This document shows, piece by piece, positions 26,602 to 36,603 of a stretch of 64,000 bases of DNA; within the stretch, counting starts at the first letter, position 1, and each line of letters starts with the position of its first letter. Location: contig JBGTNL010000093.1 in the NCBI GenBank assembly GCA_041743085.1, positions 44,704 to 108,703 of the forward strand. Reading direction: 5' to 3'. Origin of the DNA: Flavobacteriaceae bacterium (GTDB taxonomy: Bacteria > Bacteroidota > Bacteroidia > Flavobacteriales > Flavobacteriaceae). The notes below the pieces were generated by a model that worked only from the letters and a program-made list of their open reading frames with translations, ran no database searches and had not been told where the DNA came from. The position numbers and the translations under genes are program-made.

Positions 26602-27555
26602 ATGAAAGTAACAGAGCATATAGAGAAAGCCAAGGGGGAAACCCTTTTTTCCTTCGAAATAATTCCCCCGGTAAAGGGTAGGAGCATCCAGGAATTATAT
26701 GATAATATAGATCCGTTGATGGAGTTCAATCCACCGTTTATAGACGTTACAACCTCCAGGGAGGAATATATTTATCTGGATAGAGATGGCTTGCTGGATA
26801 AAAAATTGACCCGGATGCGGCCCGGTACCCTGGGGATCTGCGCTTCTATTAAGCATAAATACAAAGTAGACACCATTCCGCACGTCCTATGCGGGGGTTT
26901 TACAAAGGAAGAAACGGAATACCTGTTGGTGGATTGCCACTATCTGGGCCTGGATAACGTGATGGCTTTGCGCGGCGACGCCAGAAGGGAAGAACAATAT
27001 TTTGAACCCACAAAAGGGGGGCATCCCTATGCCTTGGGACTGGTGAGTCAGATCAGGGACCTGAACTGCGGAAAGTATTTGCACGAAGTTATTGAAACCG
27101 ACGATTGTGCGGATTTCTGTGTTGGGGTGGCGGGTTATCCCGAAAAACATCTGGAATCACCTTCTCTAAAATCGGATTTAAAGCGACTAAAGGAGAAGGT
27201 GGAGGCCGGGGCTCATTATGTGGTAACGCAAATGTTTTTTGACAATAAGAAATATTTTGAATTTGTGGAAATGGCCAGGGAAATGGGCATCACGGTGCCC
27301 ATAATCCCCGGGATAAAACCCATTGCGGTAAAAAGGCACCTGCAATTGCTGCCTCAGGTATTCCGAATAGATCTGCCTCAGGACCTGATAGATGCAGTGG
27401 ACAATTGCCGGAATAATAAGGAAGTAAGGCAGGTGGGTATTGAATGGACCATTGCCCAATCCAAAGAATTAAAAGCCGCTGGAGTACCGGTTTTGCATTA
27501 TTATTCAATGGGAAAATCTGACAATATCAAGGCCATTGCGGATGCCGTTTTTTAA
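26602..27555 (+). CDS. metF: 5,10-methylenetetrahydrofolate reductase
   Basis: 317 aa with FSFEIIPP, LCGGF and VGVAGYPEKH motifs. Confidence 0.85.
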   Translation: MKVTEHIEKAKGETLFSFEIIPPVKGRSIQELYDNIDPLMEFNPPFIDVTTSREEYIYLDRDGLLDKKLTRMRPGTLGICASIKHKYKVDTIPHVLCGGFTKEETEYLLVDCHYLGLDNVMALRGDARREEQYFEPTKGGHPYALGLVSQIRDLNCGKYLHEVIETDDCADFCVGVAGYPEKHLESPSLKSDLKRLKEKVEAGAHYVVTQMFFDNKKYFEFVEMAREMGITVPIIPGIKPIAVKRHLQLLPQVFRIDLPQDLIDAVDNCRNNKEVRQVGIEWTIAQSKELKAAGVPVLHYYSMGKSDNIKAIADAVF

Positions 27556-27810
27556 CTGATATTATTTTTCAAACACGGAAGAAGCCGGGTAGGCATATTA
27601 ATTGTGTCGTCCCGAGGGTGTTGCCCTGAGCGCCTGCCGGTAGTAGGACAAAGAGTCGGTGAGTCCATACTATCGAAATGCACTTGAAACGCGTTAGAAA
27701 AGTAGCTTTAAATCTTTCTGTCCCGGCCGGCCGGCGAATCCGTACTTAAATAATGGAAGGAGTTCAAATTCTGCTATAATTACGTTTAAGATTTTCTATT
27801 TTTACGCCCA

Positions 27811-28911
27811 ATGACGGCCAGATTTTTTATTGCCTTGCTCTTTGCGAGCCTTTGGTGTTTCTCCCAGCAGGAAGAAGGTCCGGGGAAATACACATTAGAC
27901 GCCAATTACTTCTACGGGTCCATTATTTTACACAACCCTGATATTTCACATTTGATAAGGGAACATCCTTCCGGATTTATTCTTGGGTTCAATAGGAAAA
28001 CATTCGGCCATAAGGAATGGGAATCCGGGTACAATTATCCCGATACCGGTTTTTCATTTGCGTATCAGGATTTTAACAATAGCACTTTGGGTCGTAATTA
28101 TGGACTGTACGCACATTATAACTTTTATTTCTTTAAAAGATACCTTCAGTTTAGGATAGGGCAGGGGATCGCCTATAATACCAATCCCTACGATAAGAAT
28201 GACAATTTCAGGAACAATGCCTTCGGCACCCACCTGTTGAGTTCCACCTATCTGATGCTTAATTATTACAAGGAAAATAGTACCAGGCGGTTGGGTTTTA
28301 AGGCCGGTATTTCCATTGTTCATTATTCCAATGCCAATGTCAAGGCCCCTAATACTTCTACCAATACCTTTGCCTTCAATGCCGGGCTGGTGTATAATTT
28401 GGATGATTACGAAAATACAGAATATAGTAAACCCCGGGCAAGGACAAAAGTTAAGGAGCCCGTTCGCTACAATCTGGCCTTCAGGACGGGAATCAACGAG
28501 AGCGATGTGATCAACTCCGGGCAATTCCCCTTCTATATTTTATCTGCCTATGCCGATAAACGCCTGGGAGGAAAAAGTGCCATACAATTAGGCGCGGATG
28601 TTTATTTCTCCGATTTTTTAAAGGAACTGATACGGTTTCAGTCCATCTCCTTTCCGGAATTGAACATAAATGCTGACGATGATTATAAGCGCATAGGAAT
28701 GTTTATTGGGCATGAATTGTTTATCAATAAAATGAGTGTTGTATCTCAATTGGGATATTATATTTACTATCCTTTCGATTTTGAAGGGAGGGTGTACAAC
28801 AGGATGGGCTTAAAAAGGTATTTCGGCGAAAAGTGGTTTGCTTCGGTTACCCTTAAATCCCATGGGGCGAAGGCGGAGGCGGTTGAGTTCGGGATAGGGA
28901 TACGGTTGTAA
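27811..28911 (+). CDS. Secreted acyloxyacyl hydrolase / PagL-like lipid A deacylase family outer-membrane protein
   Basis: Signal peptide MTARFFIALLFASLWCFSQQ, a beta-barrel-like repeat pattern and a VHYSNA (H-x-S-N) motif. Confidence 0.5.
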   Translation: MTARFFIALLFASLWCFSQQEEGPGKYTLDANYFYGSIILHNPDISHLIREHPSGFILGFNRKTFGHKEWESGYNYPDTGFSFAYQDFNNSTLGRNYGLYAHYNFYFFKRYLQFRIGQGIAYNTNPYDKNDNFRNNAFGTHLLSSTYLMLNYYKENSTRRLGFKAGISIVHYSNANVKAPNTSTNTFAFNAGLVYNLDDYENTEYSKPRARTKVKEPVRYNLAFRTGINESDVINSGQFPFYILSAYADKRLGGKSAIQLGADVYFSDFLKELIRFQSISFPELNINADDDYKRIGMFIGHELFINKMSVVSQLGYYIYYPFDFEGRVYNRMGLKRYFGEKWFASVTLKSHGAKAEAVEFGIGIRL

Positions 28912-29017
28912 TCTGTAGGCAATAAACAGCCGGCAGTATGCTTTATTTTTTAAAATAATCGGTAGTATTTTGTTCAAGACTATTGGCAATATTATTGGAA
29001 TGTTGAATTTTGAATTT

Positions 29018-29761
29018 ATGAAGGTCAGAGCTTGGTTCCTACTACTTATGCTGTTCTTAATGGTTGCCTGTAATCCTGATTGCTTCCAGAAGGCAGGAGA
29101 TATTGTAAGGAAGGAAATTTCCGTTCCGGATTTTGATAAGGTTACGGTATTCGAGAACATTGAATTGATACTGAAAAATGGAGCAACGCAAAAGGTGGAA
29201 ATAGAAACCGGTGCATTTTTGAGGGAAGAAGTCGGGGCAGAGGTCAAAGACGGCCGACTTTTATTGAAGGATACCAACGACTGTAACTTATTCAGGGATT
29301 ATGGGAGTACGAAGATCTATATTACTTCCCCGAACATTTCGGAGATCAGGAGCAGTACGGGATTTCCTGTAAGAAGTGATGGACCTTTGTCCTACAATGA
29401 CCTTACCTTGTATTCAGAGAGTTTTATAGCTCCGGAGGCTGGTACAACGGATGGCTCGTTTGATCTGGAGCTGACCTCACAAAATGTGCGTGTTATAGTA
29501 AATGGAATTGCCTTCTTAAGGTTGACCGGCACTGCGATCAACTTAAATATTACCATTGCCGCCGGGGATTCCCGTATTGAAGCCGATGGCCTTGTGACCG
29601 AAAATGTAATCCTTAATCACAGGGGGAGCAACGATATTTTTGTGAACCCGAATGAACGGTTGGAGGGTGTCATTCGCGGTACGGGAGACGTTATAAGTTT
29701 TAACCGCCCTGCAACCGTAGCGGTGGAAGAGTTGTATACCGGAAAACTTATTTTTAGGTAA
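29018..29761 (+). CDS. DUF2807 ('head GIN' putative adhesin-head) lipoprotein
   Basis: Lipoprotein signal MKVRAWFLLLMLFLMVAC, followed by repetitive beta-solenoid-like segments. It is a paralogue of 52735-53412. Confidence 0.55.
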   Translation: MKVRAWFLLLMLFLMVACNPDCFQKAGDIVRKEISVPDFDKVTVFENIELILKNGATQKVEIETGAFLREEVGAEVKDGRLLLKDTNDCNLFRDYGSTKIYITSPNISEIRSSTGFPVRSDGPLSYNDLTLYSESFIAPEAGTTDGSFDLELTSQNVRVIVNGIAFLRLTGTAINLNITIAAGDSRIEADGLVTENVILNHRGSNDIFVNPNERLEGVIRGTGDVISFNRPATVAVEELYTGKLIFR

Positions 29762-29917
29762 GAACATAGCGGGTGTAGGCCAAAACGTTGGGCAGCGGAG
29801 CAATCCGTTACTTTGAAACACTATGTATATTCTTTGAAATCGCCATATTAATACAAAATAACAAACTGGCTCTTCCGGTCCCGCTAACTGTAGGGATCGG
29901 ATGGCAATGACGGATAA

Positions 29918-31006
29918 ATGAAACCCATACGCAAATTCCTGAAAAACTTCCTCTCTGCAAGACGCCTCCTTGGTGACAGCACAAGACTTAAAGGGCTTGC
30001 CAGAGCTGATGCCATCCTGGCGTCATTGGTAAGCGATAAAAAAATTCCCGGGCTGGCGATAACCGTTTTAAAGCGAGGTGAAGTACTGCTCCAAAAAGGG
30101 TATGGGTGTGCGGATCTGGAAAAAAAAGTACCTGTAGACCCTGATAATACCCTATTCAGGGTAGGAAGCGTTTCCAAGCCCATAGCCGCCACAGCCCTGG
30201 CGAAAATGGTCGGTGAAGGTACAATTTCACTGGATGCCTCTTATTATGACCATGTGCCCGATTATCCCCCTAAGAAATACGACTTTACCATAAGGCAGCT
30301 GGCCGGCCACACCTCCGGGCTACGTGGGTATAGAGGAAAGGAATACGGTTTAAGTAAACCATACTCCATCAGGGAGGGCATAGCCATTTTTAAGGATGAT
30401 CCGCTGTTGTACCCACCGGGAACGGACTATCTCTATAACAGCTATGGGTGGGTGCTGATCTCCCTGGCCATGCAGGAAGCGAGTGGTATATCTTTTGAGG
30501 AATATGTGAGAACCAGCGTTTTGCATCCATTGGGAATGCTGAATACCCAGCCCGAAACGCCGGATGCAATACCCAGGCATTTAGCGACCTTCTATTCCAA
30601 AAATCAAATGGGTTTTAAAAAGGCTATCCCTGTTGACAATTTTTACAAACTGGCGGGCGGTGGATACCTTTCCACTTCGGGGGACATTGCCAAATTGGGA
30701 CAGGCATATCTGGATAAAAAGATTGCAGACGAGCCACTAATTTCTCAATTCCTAAGCTCGGTATATATAAGTGGCCAACCCACCTGGTATGGTCTGGGCT
30801 GGCAGGTAAGTGAGGATAATCAGGGCCGTCGCTATTTCGGGCATGTGGGCAACGGGGTAGGCGTCTACGCTAATTTTTATGTATATCCTGAAGAGCAACA
30901 GGTGTTTTCGATCATGATCAATTGCACAAATCCTGATGTGCAAAGTGAGTTGGACGAAGTTATAGATAGTTTGATTTCCCTAGGATCAGCAAATAGGCAT
31001 TATTAG
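29918..31006 (+). CDS. Serine hydrolase of the beta-lactamase/PBP (class C-like) family
   Basis: 362 aa with the S-x-x-K motif SVSKPI and a Y-x-N-type motif YNSYGW. Confidence 0.7.
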   Translation: MKPIRKFLKNFLSARRLLGDSTRLKGLARADAILASLVSDKKIPGLAITVLKRGEVLLQKGYGCADLEKKVPVDPDNTLFRVGSVSKPIAATALAKMVGEGTISLDASYYDHVPDYPPKKYDFTIRQLAGHTSGLRGYRGKEYGLSKPYSIREGIAIFKDDPLLYPPGTDYLYNSYGWVLISLAMQEASGISFEEYVRTSVLHPLGMLNTQPETPDAIPRHLATFYSKNQMGFKKAIPVDNFYKLAGGGYLSTSGDIAKLGQAYLDKKIADEPLISQFLSSVYISGQPTWYGLGWQVSEDNQGRRYFGHVGNGVGVYANFYVYPEEQQVFSIMINCTNPDVQSELDEVIDSLISLGSANRHY

Positions 31007-31110
31007 CTTAAATTTATCACATCTGTTTGTCACAACTTTCAGAAAGCCAATTTCTTGTGTCTTAAAAAAGTATAGTAGAGAGAAAATCGTTAGAAGAAAC
31101 TTGATTCACC

Positions 31111-32232
31111 ATGCCCCAAAAAAGTGAACTAAAGGAAATTGCAAAACTGTTCTTTAAATTAGGAAGTATCGCTTTTGGCGGTCCGGCGGCCCATATAGCG
31201 ATGATGGAGGATGAAGTGGTCCAAAAAAGGAAGTGGATGACGCAGGAGCACTTTCTGGACCTCGTTGGAGCTACTAATCTGATCCCGGGCCCCAATTCTA
31301 CTGAGATGACCATGCACTGTGGGCATGAACGTGCCGGTTGGAGGGGCCTTTTCGTTGCCGGGGTCTGTTTTATCTTCCCGGCAGTGGTGATCACCTCGGT
31401 TTTTGCTTTGCTATACCAGCAATACGGTCAGTTGCCCAAGGTAGCCCCTTTTATATACGGTATCAAACCTGCCGTAATTGCCATTATTATCATGGCGGCC
31501 TACCGACTGGGAAAAAAGGCCCTTAAAAACCTGGAACTTGCCTTTCTGGGACTTGCAACCATTGTTGCTTGTTTACTAGGTGTTAACGAAATTATGGCGC
31601 TTTTTGGGTGTGGGGCACTGGGGGTAATTAGTTACTTTATAAAGCATCGAACTTCCTCGCTGAATTTCTTCGTTCCCCTGATCTTCCTTCAAACATCAGA
31701 ACTTGTAAACGTCGGAAGCCTGAAAATATTTATGATCTTTCTTAAAGTAGGTGCTATTTTATACGGGAGCGGGTACGTGCTATTCGCCTTTCTGGACTCT
31801 GAACTGGTTGCGAACGGTTGGCTGAGCAGGCAGGAACTACTGGATGCCATAGCGGTTGGGCAATTTACTCCCGGACCGGTTTTGTCTACCGCCACTTTTA
31901 TAGGATGGCAAATGAACGGGCCTTCCGGGGCCCTGGCGGCCACCCTGGGGATTTTTCTTCCTTCTTTTTTGTTTGTATTGCTGCTAAATCCACTGATTCC
32001 CAAAATGCGAAAATCTAAAGTGATAGGAGCGTTTTTAGATGCAGTTAACGTTGCCGCGGTAGCTTTGATCATCTTGGTTTGTATCACCATGGGCAGGGAT
32101 ACCTTAACAGATTGGCGTACCGTTGTTATTGCAGTTGCCAGTCTGATTTTTGTTTTTTTGTTTAAAAAAATGAACAGTGCCTTTATCGTAGTGGGCGGGG
32201 CCTTGTTGGGATATCTGTTGACGTTGGTTTAA
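31111..32232 (+). CDS. chrA: Chromate ion transporter (CHR family)
   Basis: 373 aa and polytopic, with duplicated CHR halves (FGGPAAHIAMMEDEVV... and GQFTPGPVLSTATFIG). Confidence 0.8.
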   Translation: MPQKSELKEIAKLFFKLGSIAFGGPAAHIAMMEDEVVQKRKWMTQEHFLDLVGATNLIPGPNSTEMTMHCGHERAGWRGLFVAGVCFIFPAVVITSVFALLYQQYGQLPKVAPFIYGIKPAVIAIIIMAAYRLGKKALKNLELAFLGLATIVACLLGVNEIMALFGCGALGVISYFIKHRTSSLNFFVPLIFLQTSELVNVGSLKIFMIFLKVGAILYGSGYVLFAFLDSELVANGWLSRQELLDAIAVGQFTPGPVLSTATFIGWQMNGPSGALAATLGIFLPSFLFVLLLNPLIPKMRKSKVIGAFLDAVNVAAVALIILVCITMGRDTLTDWRTVVIAVASLIFVFLFKKMNSAFIVVGGALLGYLLTLV

Positions 32233-32337
32233 ATAGTTTTGTTTTTAAAATACAAGCTGAAGTATCATCTAATGAGTATGATTTTGAAAAAAAGTCCGTT
32301 CGCGGAATAGTATTGGGATATATGTTATTTTAGTACC

Positions 32338-33897
32338 ATGCCAATGACCGATTATTTCCGGAGGAAAATCTCTTCTAACCTCTTTTTTTTGAAGAGAATA
32401 TTGCCTTTTGTGATCCCGGTTTTCTTTCCATTCCTTGTACCTGGTCAAAGCCCGGAGGAACTAGACCAACTTTCAGAAGACTATACCAAAGTCTCTTTCC
32501 CCATGCTCAGGGAACTCTTAAGCATTCCGAATGACGCCTATTATCCGAAGGATATTGAAAAAAATGTTGGCTGGTGCGAAACTGCTTTTGCGGATCGCGG
32601 CTTTACCACACAAAGGATCCCTACCAGTGCCGCCCCTTTGTTGCTGGCTGAACGGAATCATAGGGGAGCGAAAAAAACGGTACTGATCTACCTGCAATTG
32701 GACGGGCAACCGGTAGACAGTACGCAATGGTTTCAGGAAAGTCCGTATACTCCAACCTTAAAAAAAAGTAATGAAAAAGGGGAGTGGGAAGCTATTCCCT
32801 GGGAAATGATAAAAAATTATAAGCAAGACTGGCGCATCTTCGCCCGTTCTGCCAGTGATGCAAAAGGGCCTGTGGCGATGTTTTTAGCGGCCCTCGACGC
32901 CACTGCCACTCAGGATTTCACCCCTAACTACAATATTAAGGTGATTATGGATTTTGAAGAGGAACTGGGGTCGCCCAGGTTGCCAAAGGCCGTTAGTGAA
33001 AATGCGGAACTGCTCAGTGCCGATATGTTAATTATTTTTGACGGGCCCAGGCATATTACCAACAAACCTACGCTCACCTTTGGTGCTCGCGGTATCGCCA
33101 CTATCACCCTTACCACCTACGGCCCGGTAGTTCCGCAGCACAGTGGACATTTCGGGAATTATGCCCCAAACCCCGCCCTGCGATTGTCCAAATTGCTAGC
33201 CTCTATGAAGGACGACGAGGGAAGGGTGATTATCCCCGGTTTTTACGATGGTGTAACCATTGACCGGGAAACTGAAGCCATTTTAAAAGCGGTACCGGAT
33301 GACGAAGAGCAGATAAAAGACCGACTCCAAATAGCGGCTTCGGACAAAGTGGGCAGCTATTATCAGGAATCCATTCAGTATCCTTCCCTTAATATCAGAG
33401 GGATGCAATCTGGCTGGATTGATGAAAAGGTGCGTACCATTATACCTGCATGGGCCAGAGCTGAAATTGATGTCAGGTTGGTTTTGGAGACGGATCCCGA
33501 GCGACTCATAAATTTAATTAAGGAGCATGTAAAGGGCCAGGGGTACTCCATTTTGGATAGGGAACCGGGCCGGGAGGAACGCCGGCAACATGAAAAGATA
33601 GCGACCTTCACCTCTGAAATTTCGTATCAATCATTTCGCACGGATTTTGATTCGGAGGTTGGTCTTTGGCTTAGAAAGGCCCTGAAAAAAGCCTTTGGCC
33701 AGGATCCTGTTATGATCAGGATGAGCGGAGGTTCCATTCCTATTTCACCTTTTGTAACCACTCTCAATATTCCGGCAGTCACTGTCCCTACCGTTAACAG
33801 GGACAATAATCAGCACAGCCCCAACGAAAATCTTCGTTTGGGAAACTACAGGGAGGGTATTAAAACAATGATCGCCATATTGAATACAAAGATTTAA
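32338..33897 (+). CDS. M20-family metallopeptidase (dipeptidase-like), secreted
   Basis: 519 aa with an N-terminal hydrophobic segment and a SASDAKGP metal-ligand region. The exact start is uncertain. Confidence 0.65.
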   Translation: MPMTDYFRRKISSNLFFLKRILPFVIPVFFPFLVPGQSPEELDQLSEDYTKVSFPMLRELLSIPNDAYYPKDIEKNVGWCETAFADRGFTTQRIPTSAAPLLLAERNHRGAKKTVLIYLQLDGQPVDSTQWFQESPYTPTLKKSNEKGEWEAIPWEMIKNYKQDWRIFARSASDAKGPVAMFLAALDATATQDFTPNYNIKVIMDFEEELGSPRLPKAVSENAELLSADMLIIFDGPRHITNKPTLTFGARGIATITLTTYGPVVPQHSGHFGNYAPNPALRLSKLLASMKDDEGRVIIPGFYDGVTIDRETEAILKAVPDDEEQIKDRLQIAASDKVGSYYQESIQYPSLNIRGMQSGWIDEKVRTIIPAWARAEIDVRLVLETDPERLINLIKEHVKGQGYSILDREPGREERRQHEKIATFTSEISYQSFRTDFDSEVGLWLRKALKKAFGQDPVMIRMSGGSIPISPFVTTLNIPAVTVPTVNRDNNQHSPNENLRLGNYREGIKTMIAILNTKI

Positions 33898-34067
33898 GAA
33901 TTGACTCGATAGATAGGGAAGGTGCCCCCACGCCGTCCTGATATATAGAGAACCGTAACATGATGTTCACTTGGTAATCTGTCGGCATGTAAAATTTCAG
34001 TATTTAGTATTATATTTAGTACAACGAAAATGATAAATGAAATAGTTTCAATTAATACCTATGCATT

Positions 34068-34982
34068 ATGACTACATCAAGGCGGGAATTTCTTAAAAAC
34101 AGTACATTGGCCGCAGCCGCCATCTCATTTTTTCCGGCGTATGCGTCTTCAAAACCTCTTAAAGATATGCTCATTGGCTTACAGTTATACTCCATAAGGG
34201 ATGCCATGAAGACCGATCCAATGAAAAGTCTTCAGCGACTTGCCGAAATGGGGTATACGCACGTGGAACATGCGAATTATTCCGAGAGGAAATTTTACGG
34301 ATGGAACGCATCGGAATTTAAAAAAATCCTCGCTGACCTTGGCATGAAGATGCCAAGCGGGCATACTGTACTTCATGCGGATCACTGGGACGAAGGGCAA
34401 AAAGATTTTACGGATCAGTGGAAATATACCATAGAGGATGCTGCTACCATGGGCCAGGATTACGTCATAAGCCCATGGCTCGACGAAAAGATATGGAGCG
34501 ACTATGATAAACTATTGGCCTTTATGGAGGTGTATAATAAGAGTGGGCAACTCTGCAAAAAGTCAGGGATGAAATTCGGTTATCACAACCATGATTTTGA
34601 ATTCAGTAAGAAAGTCAATGGAAAAGTCCTCTATGACATCATACTTCAAAACACAGATCCCGATCTGGTCATACAACAGTTAGATTTTGGAAATATGGTC
34701 AATGGAAAGGCAACAGCTGGTCCCTGGTTAAATAAATACCCCGGACGTTTCCCCTCAGTTCACGTTAAGGACATGACGGAGGGCACGGGCGATCATGGTA
34801 AATATGATAGCACTATTCTAGGGGAAGGTATAGTAGGGGTTCAGGATGTGCTCCGGAAATGTAAAGATATAGGAGGTACTACCCAATTTATAATTGAACA
34901 GGAATCTTATCAGGGCAAGACTCCTATGGAGTGTATGGAAGAGGATCTGAAAATAATGGCGAAGTGGGGATTTGGTTCCTAA
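34068..34982 (+). CDS. Xylose-isomerase-like TIM-barrel sugar phosphate isomerase/epimerase with a Tat signal
   Basis: Twin-arginine leader MTTSRREFLKNSTLAAAA and an AP-endonuclease-2/TIM-barrel-like body. Confidence 0.65.
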   Translation: MTTSRREFLKNSTLAAAAISFFPAYASSKPLKDMLIGLQLYSIRDAMKTDPMKSLQRLAEMGYTHVEHANYSERKFYGWNASEFKKILADLGMKMPSGHTVLHADHWDEGQKDFTDQWKYTIEDAATMGQDYVISPWLDEKIWSDYDKLLAFMEVYNKSGQLCKKSGMKFGYHNHDFEFSKKVNGKVLYDIILQNTDPDLVIQQLDFGNMVNGKATAGPWLNKYPGRFPSVHVKDMTEGTGDHGKYDSTILGEGIVGVQDVLRKCKDIGGTTQFIIEQESYQGKTPMECMEEDLKIMAKWGFGS

Positions 34983-35128
34983 AAACCTTTTATGGCTTTT
35001 TCAGGGTTTTTAAGCAGGGCTGCACTTATAAGACCAGGAAAGGAAATCATGTGGAGCATTCAGTTGGTCTCCAGTTATAATGCCTGATATGCGATCTGTG
35101 TTCACTTCGGCTTTCGGTAACCTACCTC

Positions 35129-36025
35129 TTATTCTACCGTTAATTCCGTAAACAGACTTTCCAGATTTTTATTCTTCCGGCTTAATTGCAGCGTCTTTAA
35201 TTTATTGTCATGCGCGAAGTCGAATACCTTTGGCCTCATATCTTTTGATGTATTGAAAGTGATCTCATAGACAAAGCCTCCTGTATTGGTAACTGCGGAA
35301 ACATGAGGAAGTTTTTGAAGAAGGACCTCTTCCACCCTGTAGTCGAATTCCACTTCTATGATCTGTTCATCTTCCTCCCGCAGCTCCGCCAGTTTTTTAT
35401 CTGCCACCAATTTACCTTTGTTGATGATCAGTACACGATCACATACGGCTTCCACTTCTTTCATGATATGTGTGGACAACAGAATGGTCTTTTCCTTTCC
35501 GATTTCTTTGATCAGTTTGCGGATCTCGAGCAGTTGATTGGGATCCAGACCGGTAGTCGGTTCATCCAGAATCAGCACTTCCGGATCATGGAGCAGCGCA
35601 GCGGCAAGTCCCACCCTTTGCCGGTAACCTTTGGACAATTGCCCGATTTTTTTATGTGCCTCCGGTCCAAGCCTTGTTTGGTCTATAACCATAAGGATAC
35701 GTTCTTTCGGTACCCTATAGACATTGGCATTAAAGGCAAGATATTCCTTAACGTACATCTCCGGATACAACGGATTGTGTTCGGGAAGGTACCCAATACT
35801 TTTTTTCACGCTGGCAGCATCGGTTACAACGTCAAAAGCATTTACGGAAGCCTTCCCTTCTTCCGGGGGGCTATAGGTGGTCAGGATCTTCATCATCGTT
35901 GATTTTCCTGCACCGTTTGGCCCCAGAAAGCCAACGATCTCCCCCTTTTTGATATCAAAGGAAATATTGTTCAGGGCTTTCTGACTTCCAAAGGATTTGC
36001 TGATGTTCTTAACCGTTATGGACAT
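35129..36025 (-). CDS. gldA: Gliding-motility ABC transporter ATP-binding subunit
   Basis: 298 aa with Walker A GPNGAGKST, signature LSKGYRQR and Walker B LILDEP. The size and N-terminus resemble flavobacterial GldA. Confidence 0.7.
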   Translation of the reverse strand: MSITVKNISKSFGSQKALNNISFDIKKGEIVGFLGPNGAGKSTMMKILTTYSPPEEGKASVNAFDVVTDAASVKKSIGYLPEHNPLYPEMYVKEYLAFNANVYRVPKERILMVIDQTRLGPEAHKKIGQLSKGYRQRVGLAAALLHDPEVLILDEPTTGLDPNQLLEIRKLIKEIGKEKTILLSTHIMKEVEAVCDRVLIINKGKLVADKKLAELREEDEQIIEVEFDYRVEEVLLQKLPHVSAVTNTGGFVYEITFNTSKDMRPKVFDFAHDNKLKTLQLSRKNKNLESLFTELTVE

Positions 36026-36410
36026 CTAAGAATTTTTAGCAAAAATAAGCAAAGCCGTTATATTAATGACTTTATCCGATATAATCCCAATCAACAGTTA
36101 TTAGTGAAACCCCATTTTAATAATCCCGCTTTTTAGCGGGAGCGGTTAAAATGGATGGTTGAACCAACCCCTCTTTTTCAGCGGGGTCTAGGTTTAATAC
36201 CTCGACCCTTGGGTCTATTCCTTCTCTTGGGTCCAGGGCTGGCCCTGGGGTTTAATGCCATTTACTGTTCGGGTTTTTTCAGGAGAATTTATTCAGAGCA
36301 ACGATTCAGGAGCTATAAATAAATCCACTATTCTCAACATTTTATTGATTTTAAAATCAATTCCACAAATAATATTATCATTCGTAGAAGATTCAAAAAA
36401 AGATGCGGAT

Positions 36411-36418
36411 TAAATTTG
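36411..36418 (+). promoter_or_regulatory. Candidate -7 promoter box (TAnnTTTG) for the aromatic operon leader
   Basis: taaatttg lies 45 nt upstream of the leader-peptide ATG. Confidence 0.4.
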
Positions 36419-36462
36419 ATTTTTAAATTAAATATTTACCTTAGCCGAACATTTGCAATAAA

Positions 36463-36534
36463 ATGACACCTAATTATTTCTGGAACGGTTTCTATTTCTA
36501 CTTCTTTTTTAAAGGAAGAACGGGACTGTTGTAG
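36463..36534 (+). CDS. 23-codon aromatic-rich leader peptide MTPNYFWNGFYFYFFFKGRTGLL
   Basis: ATG...TAG in the 5' leader of pheA. Ten of the 23 residues are Phe, Tyr or Trp, with 7 consecutive aromatic codons. The last codons overlap the antiterminator arm. Confidence 0.7.
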   Translation: MTPNYFWNGFYFYFFFKGRTGLL

Positions 36535-36552
36535 TATATGAGATAACCATAT

Positions 36553-36588
36553 AAAAAAGAGTCCCGTAACATACGGGACTTTTTTTAT
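36553..36588 (+). terminator. Attenuator terminator of the aromatic operon leader
   Basis: agtcccgta-aca-tacgggact is followed by T7. The left arm (36560-36567) can instead pair perfectly with acgggact at 36520-36527. Confidence 0.7.
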
Positions 36589-36603
36589 GCAAGAAATTCA
36601 ATT

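Noticed and set aside
26322-26729. ORFs of 76 aa (+) and 112 aa (-) between metH and metF
   Set aside because: They span the palindromic repeat spacer, and the minus-strand ORF also overlaps the metF start. There is no coding signature.
35303-35902. 199-aa plus-strand ORF
   Set aside because: It lies entirely antisense within the well-supported gldA ABC ATPase gene and has low-complexity, F/H/Q-rich composition. It is a shadow ORF. The same reasoning applies to the antisense track ORFs 40105-40632, 12215-12700, 28054-28524, 52690-53064, 52796-53146, 41241-41714, 42689-43117, 3548-3919, 3876-4451 and similar ORFs.
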